Positions 39,130 through 47,993 of a stretch of 64,000 nucleotides of DNA are shown here, one piece after another. Where the stretch lies: assembly GCA_000146465.1 (NCBI GenBank), contig CP001951.1; one strand, 5' to 3'. The notes below the pieces were generated by a model that saw only the letters and a list, made by a program, of their open reading frames with translations, had not been told where the DNA came from and did not search any database. Position 1 is the stretch's first letter, and every line of letters starts with the position of its first letter. Made by a program: the position numbers and the translations under genes.

Positions 39130-41223
39130 ATGTCGTTTATAGTTGATTTGGAAATTGAAAGTTATTATATGTTACATAGTAAACAGCCCATGGAAATGCA
39201 AGAAAAAGACCTCGGACCCATAGTAGGATATAATCTTGAACTCAAAGATATTTTTCTTGAGGCTCCCAACAAAGATTTATCCTCAAGCACCAAGTATGTT
39301 AGGCTGATAAACGGCATATCTACAACTTTTGAATCAGGGAAATTGTCAGTTATCATGGGACCTAGTGGAAGTAGTAAAACAACATTGATAAATTTGATTG
39401 TAGGAATAATTCAAGAAAACTCGAAGGTCTCGGGAAATGTGCTTCTTCGTGGGAAATCAAGAAACCCAAAGACATGGTTAACCCAGGTTGCCTATCTAAA
39501 TCAGGATGACTGCATAGTTCCCTACATAACTATCCACGAATATATTTACTTTTGTGTGAGTTGCAGAACAACGAAAAAACAAAGAGGAGGAAGAAGTATT
39601 AATGAGATCATCAATAAGGTGATGAAAAAACTTCATATCGAGGATCTTAAGGACGTAGTTATGACGGCGATTTCAGGAGGGGAGAGGAAAAGGGTAATGA
39701 TAGCTGTTGAGTTTGCAGTTTCTCCAGAAGTATTGATTCTAGATGAGCCAACAAGTGGATTGGATTCACATCTTGCATTTGAATTAATTCAAATGATCAA
39801 GGAATATGCTGTTGAAAACAACAAGATTGTGATCACAACAGTCCATCAGCCAGGTCCGGGATTGTTTGATATGTTTGATTATCTCCTGTTTCTTAATAAG
39901 GGATCTTTGGTGTATTCGGGGTCTGCTGATCAATGCGAAAGATTTTTTGATTCTAAAGGAATTCATAGAGTCGGAAATCTGTCTGTGAGTGAATTTTTAT
40001 TTGAGCTTTTTTCTGGACAGTCGTATATCTCTGGAATTGAGGAGTATAGAGAGGCCATCAACAAAATGATAGAGTCTGCCGTCCAAGAGGGAGACTTGAA
40101 AATCGAAAACAAAACAATGAGCCAGATCTCTGGCTCTGTAGTTAAGCTTCCATTTAGTTTCTCAAAGGCACTCAAGATAGCTAAAAGAAAATGGATTATG
40201 GAATGGAGATCTTGGAGGATGATGAGGAATTGGATTTTCGAGATCGTTTTTCTTTTTGTCTATGTCTATTTCTTGTATCCAATGATCTTTTCTATAGAAT
40301 TTTTGAATTTTAAAAATCTCCTAAATCTAAACATAAACGAACGTGATGAAACAGAATCAGTTTTTCGTTGGCTTATAGGCTCCTTAAAATCCATGATTGA
40401 TGAATCTCTAGTGGGCAATGTAGATGAGGCAATCAAGTGGGAGATATGTTCATTTCTACTAATTACACTTTCCCTTTTCGGTTCGACAGACATACTTGAT
40501 GGCTTAAATTATGTCCACAGAGAAACATCCAAGGCAACATATGGCATATCCACACTTTACTTCTCGACATGGATTGCCGAAACACCTATAACCATTCTAA
40601 AATGCTTTGTATTTCTGGGGATTTCATCATCCATAGGAATTCATGGGGGAAATACGTTTGAACTAATCACTTACATAATTGTAGGAAGTCTTTTAATACT
40701 GGCATTTGATATTATGATGAGAAGCATTACATCTTCTAGTGCGTTTAGAAAGTTTCTCTCGATGATCACTTTCATATTTCTGACATCTCTTACTCCGGAG
40801 ATTTCATATACATTTACAAAAATACTCTCGGTTCCTTCGGCCGGAAATCTCAGACTTCTGAAACTTTTAAAGTATCCCTCTATACTTCTTTGGCCTCAAA
40901 TCTTCTTTCAAGGATTCATGAGGCTGTCTTTCTTTGAAAGGGTGATGTTCCCTAAGGAACCAAACGAGAAGTTTACTTTTATATACAAGGCCATTATGGG
41001 TTCAATAGTGACTCCACGTCTTTATGACCTACATCTTAGTGATGAAGAAAACAGAGAAAAGCTCCTCAATCCTCAGACCAGGTTTCTAGTAGATCAAAAC
41101 TACTCTAAATATATTCTATTGCCTCTTGGAGCTACTTCTCTCATAATAGTTATCCTTTTAAGTAATTACTTTCTTGTGAGAAGATTTTCTCCTCGCTTAC
41201 AGCTTAACCTATCCAATAAATAA
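39130..41223 (+). CDS. ABC transporter, ABCG-type half transporter (NBD-TMD order)
   Basis: Walker A GPSGSSKTTL, signature ISGGERKRV, Walker B LILDEPTSGLDS, followed by a 6-TM domain. Confidence 0.85.
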   Translation: MSFIVDLEIESYYMLHSKQPMEMQEKDLGPIVGYNLELKDIFLEAPNKDLSSSTKYVRLINGISTTFESGKLSVIMGPSGSSKTTLINLIVGIIQENSKVSGNVLLRGKSRNPKTWLTQVAYLNQDDCIVPYITIHEYIYFCVSCRTTKKQRGGRSINEIINKVMKKLHIEDLKDVVMTAISGGERKRVMIAVEFAVSPEVLILDEPTSGLDSHLAFELIQMIKEYAVENNKIVITTVHQPGPGLFDMFDYLLFLNKGSLVYSGSADQCERFFDSKGIHRVGNLSVSEFLFELFSGQSYISGIEEYREAINKMIESAVQEGDLKIENKTMSQISGSVVKLPFSFSKALKIAKRKWIMEWRSWRMMRNWIFEIVFLFVYVYFLYPMIFSIEFLNFKNLLNLNINERDETESVFRWLIGSLKSMIDESLVGNVDEAIKWEICSFLLITLSLFGSTDILDGLNYVHRETSKATYGISTLYFSTWIAETPITILKCFVFLGISSSIGIHGGNTFELITYIIVGSLLILAFDIMMRSITSSSAFRKFLSMITFIFLTSLTPEISYTFTKILSVPSAGNLRLLKLLKYPSILLWPQIFFQGFMRLSFFERVMFPKEPNEKFTFIYKAIMGSIVTPRLYDLHLSDEENREKLLNPQTRFLVDQNYSKYILLPLGATSLIIVILLSNYFLVRRFSPRLQLNLSNK

Positions 41224-41260
41224 AGGTACTTTAATTTTAAGCCTTGGATTTTTTCCCTGA

Positions 41261-41593
41261 ATGGAGTCTTTGATTCTTTGGGATGGAAGAAGCATCTGTG
41301 GGCTTAAAAAGATTCCAAAGACAATACTAATAGTTGATGAATACAACACAATAACACCCGAGAAAAAAAGTAAGATAAAAGACTCCGTGGCTGAAATGGA
41401 CATAGACTTTGAAGAGGAGGCAACACGTTATTCTCTTGTGATCCTTTGCAACACTGTCTTGAGGTTTAACCTAAAGAACCCACTCGTCTTGGCAGAATGT
41501 GAGATTTGGTTTACTAGAAAGACCTTTTCCTCAAAAGTATTTGAAGATGCTCTTATTCACTATTCGGAATGTGAAATAAGAAATGGAGTGTAA
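41261..41593 (+). CDS. hypothetical small protein (110 aa)
   Basis: ATG-initiated ORF filling the gap between the ABC and UBC12 genes. No family recognised. Its last 11 nt overlap the UBC12 ATG unless UBC12 starts at Met7. Confidence 0.3.
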   Translation: MESLILWDGRSICGLKKIPKTILIVDEYNTITPEKKSKIKDSVAEMDIDFEEEATRYSLVILCNTVLRFNLKNPLVLAECEIWFTRKTFSSKVFEDALIHYSECEIRNGV

Positions 41594-42062
41594 ACAACCC
41601 ATGAACCCCCGAGAAGATTCCTCGTTTGCAGCTTTCCGGTTAAAGACCGAGATTGAATCTATCCAACTTCTCCCAGGATCACTGTTGAATGTGGATAGGT
41701 CTTCTGAGGATAAATACGCTATGGAAATAAAATATTCCATGATGATCACAGAAGGAATATATAAAAATCGCTTGTTTCGATTCAAGATAAAGATACCGCA
41801 TGCCTATCCATTTAAGCCTCCAAAGCTTTTGTGTCTGGATAAAGTGTTCCATCCAAATATTGATGATGATGGAAATGTTTGCATGGAGATTTTGAGGCTA
41901 GGGTGGAGGCCTAGCCATGGGTTGGAGAGCATACTTGTTAATCTTTATGTTATATTTGTTGAAATCACAGGAGAAGATGCATTAAACACACAGGCAGGAG
42001 ATTTATTCAAGCTAGACTATGAAAGGTTTGTAAGAATTGCAAGGGGCCAGGAAAGAATCTAA
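41583..42062 (+). CDS. NEDD8-conjugating enzyme UBC12-like E2
   Basis: YPFKPPKLLCLDKVFHPNIDDDGNVCMEILRLGWRPSHGLESI; N-terminal extension typical of UBC12. Confidence 0.8.
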   Translation: MECKQPMNPREDSSFAAFRLKTEIESIQLLPGSLLNVDRSSEDKYAMEIKYSMMITEGIYKNRLFRFKIKIPHAYPFKPPKLLCLDKVFHPNIDDDGNVCMEILRLGWRPSHGLESILVNLYVIFVEITGEDALNTQAGDLFKLDYERFVRIARGQERI

Positions 42063-42077
42063 GACTTTCAACAGGAT

Positions 42078-42380
42078 CTAGCGTTTGTGTATTATTGCTG
42101 CATATTCTTCTTTTGCATCTTCAGACACCTCTTTTAGAACAAAATCAAAAGGTAGAGAAGCCTTATGTCCATCCACCACAATAAAATCCAAGTTCTTTAG
42201 AATTTTCTTATTTAGGGTTTTTTCAACGAACTGGTATGAGGATTTCGGATCAAGTAGTACAACTCCGATATTATTCGGAGAGATTAATACTCTCAAAGGT
42301 CCATGGACTTCCTCTTTAAATATCCTATTCAAAGTTCCTTTTAGGGAAGAATTCTTCCAGAGGTTTATGGATGCCTCCAT
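42078..42380 (-). CDS. hypothetical protein (100 aa)
   Basis: ATG-initiated ORF with no recognised family. Its start codon shares bases with the opposite-strand ORF 42371. Confidence 0.35.
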   Translation of the reverse strand: MEASINLWKNSSLKGTLNRIFKEEVHGPLRVLISPNNIGVVLLDPKSSYQFVEKTLNKKILKNLDFIVVDGHKASLPFDFVLKEVSEDAKEEYAAIIHKR

Positions 42381-42688
42381 CTCAAGGATTCATATTGAAG
42401 AATTTTTCTATCCATGATATGGATCTCTCGGGAATGAATAGACTATTTGAAGTTCTCGATAAAATCAAAAATAAAGTAGAAAAGGAGGAAAGGCCACCCA
42501 ACCCAAAGGAAGCGTTGGAAAGAGAGCTTCACAAGTTATATCTATGCATATCCTTAGAAATATGCAAGCAAAAGCTTCAAGGATCTGTTGGTAAGGAAGT
42601 TCTTGACAAGGTGAAGGAAATTAAACAATATTTCAAGCACATAGAGAACATCCGGGGTAAAGATCGAAATGATCCTGTACAAAAATAA
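42371..42688 (+). CDS. hypothetical protein (105 aa; may start at internal Met MDLSGMNRL)
   Basis: ATG-initiated ORF, K/E-rich and helical, with no recognised family. Confidence 0.3.
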   Translation: MPPSQGFILKNFSIHDMDLSGMNRLFEVLDKIKNKVEKEERPPNPKEALERELHKLYLCISLEICKQKLQGSVGKEVLDKVKEIKQYFKHIENIRGKDRNDPVQK

Positions 42689-42696
42689 GATGATAC

Positions 42697-43122
42697 TTAT
42701 TTATTCTTTTTCTCTGCCTTCTTCATTGCTCTCTTGATAGTACCAAAGATCTTATAGCGCTTCTTCCTTTCGTCCTTTCTTACCCTTCTAGGTGTTATTT
42801 GAAGCTCCTTTCCAGTGATCTTTGCTACAACATGCTTCTTCTCAACTGAAGAAAGAACTTCAGCATTTGAATAAATCTTTGCTCTGAGTGTGGTTCTGTG
42901 TGTTCCATACCTATTCTTAAGATTTCCAACTACAATGTTCTTCTTGCTTGTTTGATAGAGCTCAGATATCTTGTCTGTTATTTCCTCTCTGCTGGGAATA
43001 GGCATTCCAGGATGGTATGCAACCACATCCAATTCTTTCCTGGAAAGCAGTTTGTTCTCCTTAAGGCCAGAAATCTCAAGTTCCAAACTCTATAAGTTAG
43101 CTTCAAATACCTCACTTACCAT
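42697..43122 (-). CDS. 40S ribosomal protein eS24, two exons: join(43122..43120, 43089..42697)
   Basis: The track ORF (43086) starts on TTG. On the minus strand an ATG at 43122 is followed directly by GTAAGT...GCTAAC..TATAG, a 30-nt intron at 43119..43090. The spliced product begins MSLELEISGLKENKLLSRKELDVVAYHPG... and is eS24 throughout; unspliced, the ORF stops after 10 codons. Confidence 0.8.
43090..43119 (-). other. spliceosomal micro-intron (30 nt) of the eS24 gene
   Basis: GTAAGT donor immediately after the ATG, CTAAC branch-like motif, and TATAG acceptor. Confidence 0.7.
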
Positions 43123-43210
43123 TTCGTGAGGGATAAAATTTTCGGAAATATCTGTCTTTCAGGCCTCTCGACCTTCGAAAATATTTTCCTTAACAGAAAG
43201 GCCCTTTGAA

Positions 43211-43426
43211 ATGGTAAGTGGAACTTCGGAGTCCTGGAAATAACTTTAGGCAACTATTACAATCAACAAAGCTGGAAAGGTTAGGAATCAAACACCAAAG
43301 GATCCTGTTGTCGAAAAGGAAAGGAAGAAGTGCGGGCGCTGCAGACAACGCTTGAAGTTTGAGAAGAGAAACGAGATGGGATATTTTGATGTGATGGGAA
43401 AGATGAAGCTGAATCCTCAGTCATGA
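43211..43426 (+). CDS. 40S ribosomal protein eS30, two exons: join(43211..43213, 43250..43426)
   Basis: Absent from the ORF track. ATG at 43211 is followed by GTAAGT...AATAACTTTAG (36-nt intron, 43214..43249). The spliced 59-aa product is [59 protein letters not shown], with the eS30 AGKVRxQTPK and basic tail. Unspliced, the ORF stops after 10 codons. Confidence 0.8.
43214..43249 (+). other. spliceosomal micro-intron (36 nt) of the eS30 gene
   Basis: GTAAGT donor immediately after the ATG, ATAAC branch-like motif, TTTAG acceptor; exon 2 stays in frame through a TGA at 43424-43426. Confidence 0.7.
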
Positions 43427-43594
43427 AAGATAAAATAAAATCTTATTAGCCTCTATGGCCGAATTTTCCGTTATAAAACATATCTAATGGATTACCCTTG
43501 CTATTTTCGAAGCTTTCTTGGTTTTTACCAAGGATGTCAAAGAGTAGCAGATAGAAAGCTGCAGGCACCAAGGGTGCTAGGCACACATTTTAAT

Positions 43595-44005
43595 TTAGAC
43601 TTTACTATTAGTTTGACACTCCTCCTGTGTCAAATCTGTGTTTTTCTTCTCGTCATTCTCCATACTATTTTTTTCCGGCTCTTCGGCCTCAGCTCCTACT
43701 GCAACAAGTATAACGGTGTCTCCCCTGATAAAGACATTTCCAAGCTTTCTAGAAAACTCGCTACCCTGCCTTTTCTTTCTTCCCTTATTTCTACCTCGCG
43801 CAGTCCCAAACTCCCTAGCTTCTCTTACCAATAAGTTATAATGCCGATCATATGCTACCACTTTTCCTGTGACCTTTCTGTTGTTTCGTAAAGAAATCAA
43901 CACAGGAATCATCTTAACCATGGCCCGGCGAACAAGTGAAAGAGGCCCTTTCATTTCCATCGACTCCTTCTCCCCAGGATTATCTGGATTGTTCGGAAGA
44001 AACAT
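43595..44005 (-). CDS. small nuclear ribonucleoprotein Sm D2
   Basis: Sm fold ISLRNNRKVTGKVVAYDRHYNLLV...GNVFIRGDTVILV with the SmD2-type basic insertion GRKKRQGS, plus an acidic C-terminal tail. Confidence 0.75.
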   Translation of the reverse strand: MFLPNNPDNPGEKESMEMKGPLSLVRRAMVKMIPVLISLRNNRKVTGKVVAYDRHYNLLVREAREFGTARGRNKGRKKRQGSEFSRKLGNVFIRGDTVILVAVGAEAEEPEKNSMENDEKKNTDLTQEECQTNSKV

Positions 44006-44062
44006 CTATGGGCCCATCCAAACATTAAAATAACCAAATATTTATTACATGTCTTAAGACAA

Positions 44063-44899
44063 TTATTCATTCTTTCTCTTAAGCTTCACAAACTCCACTA
44101 GGCGATCAATAAACCTGCCAGAAGTCTTTCCATGGTAAAAGTTTTCTATAAATCCAGAAATAATCTCGTTGGACACTCTTTCCCAGTACCTCATTGCAAT
44201 TCTTATTTCTCGCCTTATGTCTTCAATCTCTCTTTGAATGTCAACATTCTTGATCATCTCATTCATTTTCTTACTCATCTTTATTCTCTTCATATGAAGG
44301 AACGATATATTCAGGTCCTTTGCAGAAACTCCTCTCTCAAGGTTTCTTCGGACATATACATCATAGTTCCTCACTATGTCTGTTATTATTCCACTAGTAC
44401 TAATTCCCTTTGTTCTTTTGATCGGTATAAACATCCCCATGTCTTTTACAAACTTGTAGATATCGTCCTTATTCTCTCCCTTGTACGGAATGTCATCATG
44501 CGCAACAAAATCTATTCTATGCTTTTGAAGGAATTCCGATGTTAACTCCCATGGTGCACTTGTTATAACTTCATCAACATATCTGCAATGGATTAGTCCT
44601 TCAGCTCTTTCTTTTTCGTTCATGACAAGATTTCCCTTAAGTCTTATAGTTATGTCGTCATCTGTAACCCCAACCAGCAAGTAGACATTTGGAAAAAGAT
44701 TCTTTGCTTGTTTCAAACTTCGGGCATGTCCATAATGAAATAGATCGTACACCCCATCGCAGTATATTCTAACAGGCCTATTCACAGGGACCTTATACAT
44801 CCCAACTTCAGAGGTCATCTCTTCATACTCGAAGGTATTTCTGTCGGGATATGTGGGAGCCATCATCTTGTATTTCTCTGTGTCGTTTCTCTTCATCAT
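44063..44899 (-). CDS. choline-phosphate cytidylyltransferase (CCT/PCT1)
   Basis: [23 protein letters not shown] (HxGH), [26 protein letters not shown], and a C-terminal amphipathic helix region. Near full-length match to CCT. Confidence 0.9.
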   Translation of the reverse strand: MMKRNDTEKYKMMAPTYPDRNTFEYEEMTSEVGMYKVPVNRPVRIYCDGVYDLFHYGHARSLKQAKNLFPNVYLLVGVTDDDITIRLKGNLVMNEKERAEGLIHCRYVDEVITSAPWELTSEFLQKHRIDFVAHDDIPYKGENKDDIYKFVKDMGMFIPIKRTKGISTSGIITDIVRNYDVYVRRNLERGVSAKDLNISFLHMKRIKMSKKMNEMIKNVDIQREIEDIRREIRIAMRYWERVSNEIISGFIENFYHGKTSGRFIDRLVEFVKLKRKNE

Positions 44900-45018
44900 G
44901 GGCTAGGTTTGCAGAACGAAAAATAAAACCAAACAAATTCTCTGTCTGTGTAAGGTTTCTTCACAGTAATCAGAAACAATCAAAGTTACTAAATCTTTGC
45001 CTTTGTTTATTAGAATTA

Positions 45019-45630
45019 TCATTGGATATAGTCCAAGTCCTGAGGAATCCCAAAGCTACTGTTAAACTCTGACTTTTCCATTGCAAACTTGTTACAGATA
45101 TAATCTTGTATAACAAAAATGTTGTCAACAATCTTATTATACTCGTCGATTACTTTCTTTCTATCTCCGATAAGCTTGTCATAGACTATAGGATCTGTTT
45201 CTTCGAACTTCTTTAGCTCTTTTTTTTGTTCTTCCTCCATCTTCTCTAGGGAATTCAGCCTTTCTTCCAGCCTGCTTCTCTCTTCCGTGTAGTTCTTGGA
45301 CTTTCTTTCGTCTTCTAAGTGTTTTCTCTTGTTAGAAATGTCTTCAGACATTCTTTTACATTCGTCCATAAGCTCTTTACACTTCAACTTCTTCTTTTGG
45401 ACTCCTTCAGATGCAAACGACCAATACAGATTGGAGGTTCCAACCTTCTCGACAGTGACAAGACCTTCGTCAACAAGCTGTTGTAGAATTTCTTTGATCG
45501 TATTTACCACTATCCCCTTCTTCGAGCCCAGAGTTTCCAATTCCTGTAACTTGAAGAATGACTTACTTGTTCTTATTATCTCCAATAGAATGCTTTTCTT
45601 CTGGTCTGCTTTCATCTTGACTGTTGCCAT
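45019..45630 (-). CDS. meiotic recombination protein Mnd1
   Basis: FKLQELETLGSKKGI...VKEILQQLVDEGLV..EKVGTSNLYWSFAS...coiled coil...TDNIFVIQDYICNKFAMEKSEFNSSFGIPQDLDYIQ is collinear with Mnd1 end to end. Track start 45780 is TTG; homology supports ATG 45630 (an alternative ATG lies at 45702). Confidence 0.8.
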   Translation of the reverse strand: MATVKMKADQKKSILLEIIRTSKSFFKLQELETLGSKKGIVVNTIKEILQQLVDEGLVTVEKVGTSNLYWSFASEGVQKKKLKCKELMDECKRMSEDISNKRKHLEDERKSKNYTEERSRLEERLNSLEKMEEEQKKELKKFEETDPIVYDKLIGDRKKVIDEYNKIVDNIFVIQDYICNKFAMEKSEFNSSFGIPQDLDYIQ

Positions 45631-45700
45631 GACTACAGGGCTCCTCTCGAAGTAGCTTATTAGTGTTTCCAATACTTTATTTCCATAGGATCTATACCCC

Positions 45701-46966
45701 ATGATGTCGTTAGAGCTGACCAAAGAGAATATCAATGCAGTTTCTCTTGAGCTTGTGAAGAACAAAAAGATGTTTGACAAGAACGTGAATTATGTAATGG
45801 GTTTCATGCTTAAATCTTTTCCCGAGAAAAACGAGCTTCTTAGTAGAATCAAAGTCCTCAATATTAAATCAAGATCAGCAAAGAAGATAGACCCCGAGTC
45901 CGATGTTATGGAACAGATAGCTATGAATGTCTTTGCCATAAAGAATCTTGACGAAGGAAGTTTCACCAAGAACATGCTAGCCCTCTTCAGGGACCCAAGT
46001 TCCTTTTCTCAAGCATTCCTTACCTACTTCTATTCTAACTTAAATCTTAGCACTACGAAGACAGATGAGATCTTGAACGGGCTCGTAGAATTACTCTTAT
46101 CTGAGTCCAAACTCAAAAAAAGCTTCATGAATTTTATGAATTCGATTGAACTCTCGGAGGATTCTGAATCTATTTCCCTGGAGGAGGCCAAAAGTCTACA
46201 CAAAGCCTCAGATGATCACACCTTTGAAAAGATAATAAATAAGGAAAGTTATGATGAGTCATCAAGCACAGTGATGTCTCTAGTCTCCCTGGACGACTCT
46301 GAAGAAATCAAAAGAATCGATACATCTATTTCCCTGCTGTTTGAAGGAAAGAGAGAAAAGATGTCTATGCTGTCGATACTAGTGTGCACTAGAGTATTGA
46401 ACATTATAAGGATCATACTGGAAAACAACTACCCAAGAGATGTAGATGTTATTCCTGTTCTTATGTACATCGCAGAGATAGACCAGACAATTTTCAAGAA
46501 ATCAATGTCTGCTATCAAGATAATATTAAGGAAAACAGATTATAGAGACAAAGAAAAGCTGTTTGAAATGTTCTGTGCTCTACTCGAACGAAACCCAGGC
46601 ATTATAAGAATGGCAATGCTTTTTGTGGATACTTGTGGAAAACACTTCAACTGGCCGAGATTCCTTGAAATTATAGATGGGAACGAAGAGATTGATCTGG
46701 ATGTCGTGGATAGGTCTTACATTCCAAATTCTTCCTTCTATGAATTTATATTGTTTGCCGAGGATCCAAGGAGATACATGAAGACAATCAAAAGCATGAT
46801 TAGAAACGAGTTAGACTCTTCTCTTCTTAGAGATTTAAAAGAAAAGATTAATGGAAGACCTGATCTAAAAGATATAAAGCCGATCAAAGATGCTATAAGC
46901 TCCCGTCTTAAGCTATTAAGCCAAAAAAAGTGTTCTAAAAAGGAAAGGAAAGATAACAGTAACTAA
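45701..46966 (+). CDS. hypothetical helical protein (421 aa)
   Basis: Clean ORF from ATG 45701, K/E-rich, with no diagnostic motif. Its ATG overlaps the alternative ATG 45702 of Mnd1 on the other strand. Confidence 0.45.
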   Translation: MMSLELTKENINAVSLELVKNKKMFDKNVNYVMGFMLKSFPEKNELLSRIKVLNIKSRSAKKIDPESDVMEQIAMNVFAIKNLDEGSFTKNMLALFRDPSSFSQAFLTYFYSNLNLSTTKTDEILNGLVELLLSESKLKKSFMNFMNSIELSEDSESISLEEAKSLHKASDDHTFEKIINKESYDESSSTVMSLVSLDDSEEIKRIDTSISLLFEGKREKMSMLSILVCTRVLNIIRIILENNYPRDVDVIPVLMYIAEIDQTIFKKSMSAIKIILRKTDYRDKEKLFEMFCALLERNPGIIRMAMLFVDTCGKHFNWPRFLEIIDGNEEIDLDVVDRSYIPNSSFYEFILFAEDPRRYMKTIKSMIRNELDSSLLRDLKEKINGRPDLKDIKPIKDAISSRLKLLSQKKCSKKERKDNSN

Positions 46967-47015
46967 AGAACATATTTAATTCTATCCATTTGTGTTTGGC
47001 TGCTGTTTTGAGAAT

Positions 47016-47930
47016 CTATGAAACACATTTTCGATGGCAAAAACTCGTTCTCCCTCCCTTTTCAAGAGAAACAGCATCCTTTAGTATCCATCTGTCTTCC
47101 TGATCATCCCATTCAACTTCTATTCTGCTACGGCAAACATCACAAAGTGCTGGGCCTCCGGAATGGACAATCTTCTCGACTTTTTCAACCTCTAGCCTGA
47201 GTTTAATCTTCTCGATGTTTTTTGTCCATGCTTCTAGAGTTGGAAAGAATTCTCTGCTTATACAATCCTTTTCTCCTAGAACCCTTGCTTTTCTTCGATG
47301 CTCGTCGATGTGAACTCCCATTTGCTCATCGCCTTCTGGAGTATCTTTATACCTCAGACCGCATAGTTTGCATTGGTTTGGATAGTATAGAATAGAGGGA
47401 TCCATCTCAGTCTTCAAGTACTCGTTATTCAAAATATCCGATTCCTGCTCTTTTTTATCCCATAGGTTTTTTGTTCTTGCCTCCTCAAGCACACTTCTGC
47501 TTGTTTTTTTACTGGCCACTTCCTTTGGTTTGGAATCAGTTTCTCCCTCCTCATCAATGAGTGTATTTCTTTCATTAATGCTGGCCTTGATCATATCCTC
47601 CGAGCTGGAAGAACTTTCTTCGTCTATTCTAGGTCTTTTGGGTTTTTCCTCCTGGCTTTCTCCAGATAAAAGTTTGAATATCTTGTGATTTCTATTAAAT
47701 TCATCTTTGTACTTTTCAAAAAGACTCAGATACCTAGTATCCTTGCTACAAAGTAGAAAAAGAAAATCCAAAACCGCCTCTTTTCCAAGCAGGCTTCTAT
47801 GATTCTTGATCAATGCATCACTCACAGCTTCTTCATTGTATCGAAAGCTTTCAGAAATCATAAGCAAAACATTCTGTGTAATCTTGTCGTTCTTTTTGAG
47901 GGCCTTCAGGAGGGAAACAAACTCATCCAT
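47016..47930 (-). CDS. putative mRNA 3'-end processing factor (Pcf11-like: CID-like N-terminus plus C-terminal zinc fingers)
   Basis: N-terminal helical region resembling a CID/RPR domain. C-terminal C-x2-C-x13-H-x4-H (CKLCGLRYKDTPEGDEQMGVHIDEH) and a second Cys cluster CDVC...CHRKC. Track start 47969 is TTG; first ATG is 47930. Confidence 0.45.
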   Translation of the reverse strand: MDEFVSLLKALKKNDKITQNVLLMISESFRYNEEAVSDALIKNHRSLLGKEAVLDFLFLLCSKDTRYLSLFEKYKDEFNRNHKIFKLLSGESQEEKPKRPRIDEESSSSSEDMIKASINERNTLIDEEGETDSKPKEVASKKTSRSVLEEARTKNLWDKKEQESDILNNEYLKTEMDPSILYYPNQCKLCGLRYKDTPEGDEQMGVHIDEHRRKARVLGEKDCISREFFPTLEAWTKNIEKIKLRLEVEKVEKIVHSGGPALCDVCRSRIEVEWDDQEDRWILKDAVSLEKGGRTSFCHRKCVS

Positions 47931-47993
47931 GAGGGTCTGCCAGATTGGCTTTTTATCGCTTGTCTGCAATCATACATCAAGTGGATATTTATA

